DNA of 64,000 nt from Candidatus Poribacteria bacterium (GTDB lineage Bacteria; Poribacteria; WGA-4E; PCPOR2b), in the NCBI GenBank assembly GCA_965198175.1, contig OZ240245.1, positions 4,096,001-4,160,000 on the forward strand, read 5' to 3'. The position numbers were made by a program, and so were the translations under genes. The notes beneath the pieces were generated by a model. That model was not told the DNA's origin. It searched no databases and saw only the letters and a program-made list of their open reading frames with translations. Positions 61,142 to 64,000 of this stretch are shown here, piece after piece. Within the stretch, counting starts at the first letter, position 1. Every line of letters starts with the position of its first letter.

Positions 61142-62308
61142 TTGCAATCAAAGGAATCACTGGACACCCTAAAGACGATGGAGTTATTCACCCATGCGCC
61201 CAGCGAAGTACTCTCCTCAATCTGGGATAAGATGGAGGAGGTTCGGTTGTCCGCCGGAACAGTTCTTTTTAACACGGGTGACCCTGGAGATGGTCTTTAC
61301 CTCATTATAGAAGGTAAGCTGAGGATTGTTTCAGGCAACGTACTACTCGGGACGAGAGAGCCAGGGGAATATGTGGGTGAATTGGCGTTGCTAGATGATT
61401 CTCCACGCAGCGCCACTGTTGAGGCGATAACCGATGCCCTTCTCCTAAAACTCTACCGTGAGGACTTCCATCATGTATTGACAACCTTACCGGAGGTTGT
61501 CAGCACTCTGCTCCGGCTGTTAGTCCAGAAGATTCGGAACGATACGGCGCAGCACGCCGCCATCCTGCATCAACAGGAGGAACTCCAATATGACCTCAGA
61601 CGAGCATATGAGATACAGACCGCGATGCTGCCTAGCGGAAACCTAGGGCTGGATTGGGTTCATCTCGCCGGAAGAAGTCAACCGGCTGCGATTGTTGGTG
61701 GGGATTATTATGACTATTTTCAGTTGCCCGATGGGTGCGTCAGCGTCGCAATTGGCGACGTTGTCGGGCACGGATTTTATTCCAGCTTGTTGGTCGCTAT
61801 CGTCAGTAGTGCCCTGCATTTTCAGGTGGAACGAGATGCAACGCCTGTTTCGGTTCACGGCGCTTTGAACAAAGTCGTGCGAAACTACCGTCATACCCGT
61901 CTGCTAATGACATTTTCCTACATGATACTCAATCCTGCCGACCGTACGTTTACCTTGACCAACGCCGGTCACCCGTATCCTTTCTTGTACCGCCATGCTG
62001 AATGTAGATGGACATCGCTGCAGATTGATTCGCTTCCCCTGGGGTCCCTTCTCCATCAGCGTCCAGAGGAGATGACGGTGAAATGGGAGCTAGGTGACCG
62101 GCTGTTTCTGTATTCTGATGGTCTCATCGAAGCCCAAAATGAGCTCGAACAGATATATGGTGGTGATGCATTGGAGGGTTTTCTCTACAAAAATGCCTCC
62201 CTGACGCCTAACGAAATGATTGCCCGCATGTACGAGGAACTTAAAGACTATTGCGGGGGACGACCATTCGACGATGATGTCACCGTTGCCGTTGTTGAGT
62301 TCTCGTGA
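61142..62308 (+). CDS. cNMP-binding domain + PP2C/SpoIIE phosphatase
   Basis: GELALL..PRSATV; VGGDYYD, GDVVGHG, NAGHP, YSDGL, DDVT. Confidence 0.92.
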   Translation: MQSKESLDTLKTMELFTHAPSEVLSSIWDKMEEVRLSAGTVLFNTGDPGDGLYLIIEGKLRIVSGNVLLGTREPGEYVGELALLDDSPRSATVEAITDALLLKLYREDFHHVLTTLPEVVSTLLRLLVQKIRNDTAQHAAILHQQEELQYDLRRAYEIQTAMLPSGNLGLDWVHLAGRSQPAAIVGGDYYDYFQLPDGCVSVAIGDVVGHGFYSSLLVAIVSSALHFQVERDATPVSVHGALNKVVRNYRHTRLLMTFSYMILNPADRTFTLTNAGHPYPFLYRHAECRWTSLQIDSLPLGSLLHQRPEEMTVKWELGDRLFLYSDGLIEAQNELEQIYGGDALEGFLYKNASLTPNEMIARMYEELKDYCGGRPFDDDVTVAVVEFS

Positions 62309-62396
62309 TGATTCCTTATTGGATGGTATTTCCGGGATGCTCCCAGAATTTCGCATAGGCTGTTCTGTTACCTCTTAACCTGCAGAAGGAGTGCAG

Positions 62397-63188
62397 ATGA
62401 TGTCAGATTTCAAGGATAAGGTGGTAATTGTCACCGGCGGTGCCAAGGGCATCGGACGGGGTATTTGTCTGGCTTTTGCCGGGGAAGGCGCCCAAGTGTT
62501 GTCCGCAGACGTGGACGAAAACGCTGGCGCTGAACTTGCTGACCAATGCAGCGAGGTAGCCGGCACCATCCGCTTCCGGCAGACTGACGTATCGCAAAGC
62601 AGCGAATGCCAGGCGCTGGTCAAAGCAACGGTGTCGGCGTGGGGTGGAGTGGACATTCTTTGTAACAACGTTGGTATCCAGCCGGCGAGCAGCTATATGC
62701 CAGCCCATGAACTCCCCGAGACGTTGTGGGACCGCATCATTGATGTGAATCTCAAGAGCTATTTCCTGATGACGAAGGCTTGTGTGCCGGAGATGAAAAG
62801 ACGTGGCGCCGGGGTGATTATCAACACCGCCAGCGTCCAAGGACTTCAATCGATGAAGGGGGCACCGGCTTATGCAGCTAGCAAGGGTGGAATCCTCTCC
62901 CTGACCCGTCAGTTAGCTCTGGATTATGCCGAAGACAACATCCGAGTGCTAGCGGTCAACCCCGGTTCCATCGACACGCCGTTGGTCGCGGAATCGCTGG
63001 AAATCATCAACGGGGACAAGGAGGAACTGAGAATGAGGATTGCGATGGCACACCCCATTGGGCGTATTGGACAACCCGAGGATATCGCCCATGCGGTGCT
63101 ATTTCTAGCTAGTGACAAGGCTTCTTTCATGACTGGGGAGTACGTATGCGTGGACGGTGGATTAATGGCGAAGGGGGCTTGGGCATAA
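62397..63188 (+). CDS. SDR family oxidoreductase
   Basis: TGGAKGIG, YAASK, NPGSIDT, VDGG. Confidence 0.95.
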   Translation: MMSDFKDKVVIVTGGAKGIGRGICLAFAGEGAQVLSADVDENAGAELADQCSEVAGTIRFRQTDVSQSSECQALVKATVSAWGGVDILCNNVGIQPASSYMPAHELPETLWDRIIDVNLKSYFLMTKACVPEMKRRGAGVIINTASVQGLQSMKGAPAYAASKGGILSLTRQLALDYAEDNIRVLAVNPGSIDTPLVAESLEIINGDKEELRMRIAMAHPIGRIGQPEDIAHAVLFLASDKASFMTGEYVCVDGGLMAKGAWA

Positions 63189-63271
63189 TATCAGCAACCT
63201 CACAACCGTGTCAAAAATACGCTGAAACCCATCGAACAGACATCAGCGATAATCCGCCTAAAATACAGGAA

Positions 63272-63760
63272 ATGACAGTGAAACTCGGTGTTCTTTCCGA
63301 CAGTCACGACAACGTACCCATGGTCAATAAGGCTGTCGAATTATTCAATGACGAAGGGGTCGCGTTAGTGATACACGCCGGTGATTTTATCGCTCCCTTT
63401 GTGGTAGCGGCGATGGGCGATCTGAAATGTCGCGTCGTCGGTGTCTTTGGCAATAACGATGGAGATCGCATTGCCATTGCCCAGCGATTCGAAGCTATCG
63501 GGGTGATTCATCCCAATCTCGCCATCGCTGAAATTGGTGGGCGCACCATTGCAGCAACCCACTATCCCGAACTTGCCGAACCCATCGCAAAAAGCGGTCA
63601 GTACAACATCGTCATCTATGGGCACACCCATCGGATTGATATCCGTAGAGAAACATCGCTCATCCTCAACCCTGGCGAGACCGGCGGCTGGACAACTGGC
63701 AGATGTACAGTAGCAATCGTGGAACTAGATACACTGGAAGTAGAGATTCATGAGTTGTGA
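63272..63760 (+). CDS. YfcE-family metallophosphoesterase
   Basis: SDSHDN, HAGD, GNND, YGHTH, NPGE. Confidence 0.93.
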   Translation: MTVKLGVLSDSHDNVPMVNKAVELFNDEGVALVIHAGDFIAPFVVAAMGDLKCRVVGVFGNNDGDRIAIAQRFEAIGVIHPNLAIAEIGGRTIAATHYPELAEPIAKSGQYNIVIYGHTHRIDIRRETSLILNPGETGGWTTGRCTVAIVELDTLEVEIHEL

Positions 63761-63834
63761 AAACTGTAAGAAAAGCCGTCGATGATTCACAGTTTGTAAC
63801 ACATTCGTATGTCTGGGGAACAAGGAGATTATTG

Positions 63835-64000
63835 ATGTCGGCTTTGAAGTTGAACGAAAATGGAGACTACGGATTTCAATTGGAATCACTAAATGGATTT
63901 ATTCATACGCGTGGCGACTATCATGGACTTATCCTCCTGGCAAACGGAGCACCAATCACCCGATCCGGAATGTATGCAATCAACCTTGAACGCTACCTCT
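63835..64000 (+). CDS. Hypothetical protein, runs off window end
   Basis: SD AAGGAG, ATG, frame open to the end (MSALKLNENGDYGFQL...). Confidence 0.6.
   Translation, partial: MSALKLNENGDYGFQLESLNGFIHTRGDYHGLILLANGAPITRSGMYAINLERYL

Overview
Bacterial chromosomal window, most likely Candidatus Poribacteria. This is inferred from the C-terminal 'PNYPNPFNPETWIPY' FlgD-like domains, the 'AVEP..K...WG.LK' tail and the internalin-type LRR/cohesin/dockerin proteins. Layout: (1) 1-1.4 kb, 3' part of dnaE2. (2) About 1.4-8.9 kb, a mosaic accessory island with acidic orphan ORFs, a DUF3800 gene facing a candidate antisense small RNA with its own promoter, a 5'-truncated IS1595 transposase, a secreted gene pair, an FRG-TPR protein and a solitary CRISPR-repeat-like 36-mer. 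(3) 8.9-25 kb, membrane, envelope and housekeeping genes (PhyH, lipocalin/AttH-like, PD40 protein, NtrC-family regulator, amidase, rsmA, RimK, barrel-OmpA-SPOR protein). (4) 25-37.5 kb, secreted repeat proteins: a 14-repeat FG-GAP protein, a tandem duplicated pair of dihaem cytochrome c-LRR-cohesin-dockerin proteins with 15 versus 7 variable LRRs, and a small secreted cytochrome c. (5) 39-55 kb, a maf-rex-hemB-hemL-polyprenyl synthase-sirC-ccsA-hemA-hemC-cobA/hemD-ccmE(CxxxY)-ccmF-ccmH-ccmI supercluster. (6) 55-64 kb, catabolic and signalling genes (Ldh2, GH116, P-loop kinase, DUF1080, cNMP-PP2C, SDR, YfcE). The best candidates for undescribed systems are the DUF3800/antisense sRNA module and the variable haem-c LRR proteins beside the haem/Ccm machinery. 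All family calls come from motif recognition by eye; no database searches were run.
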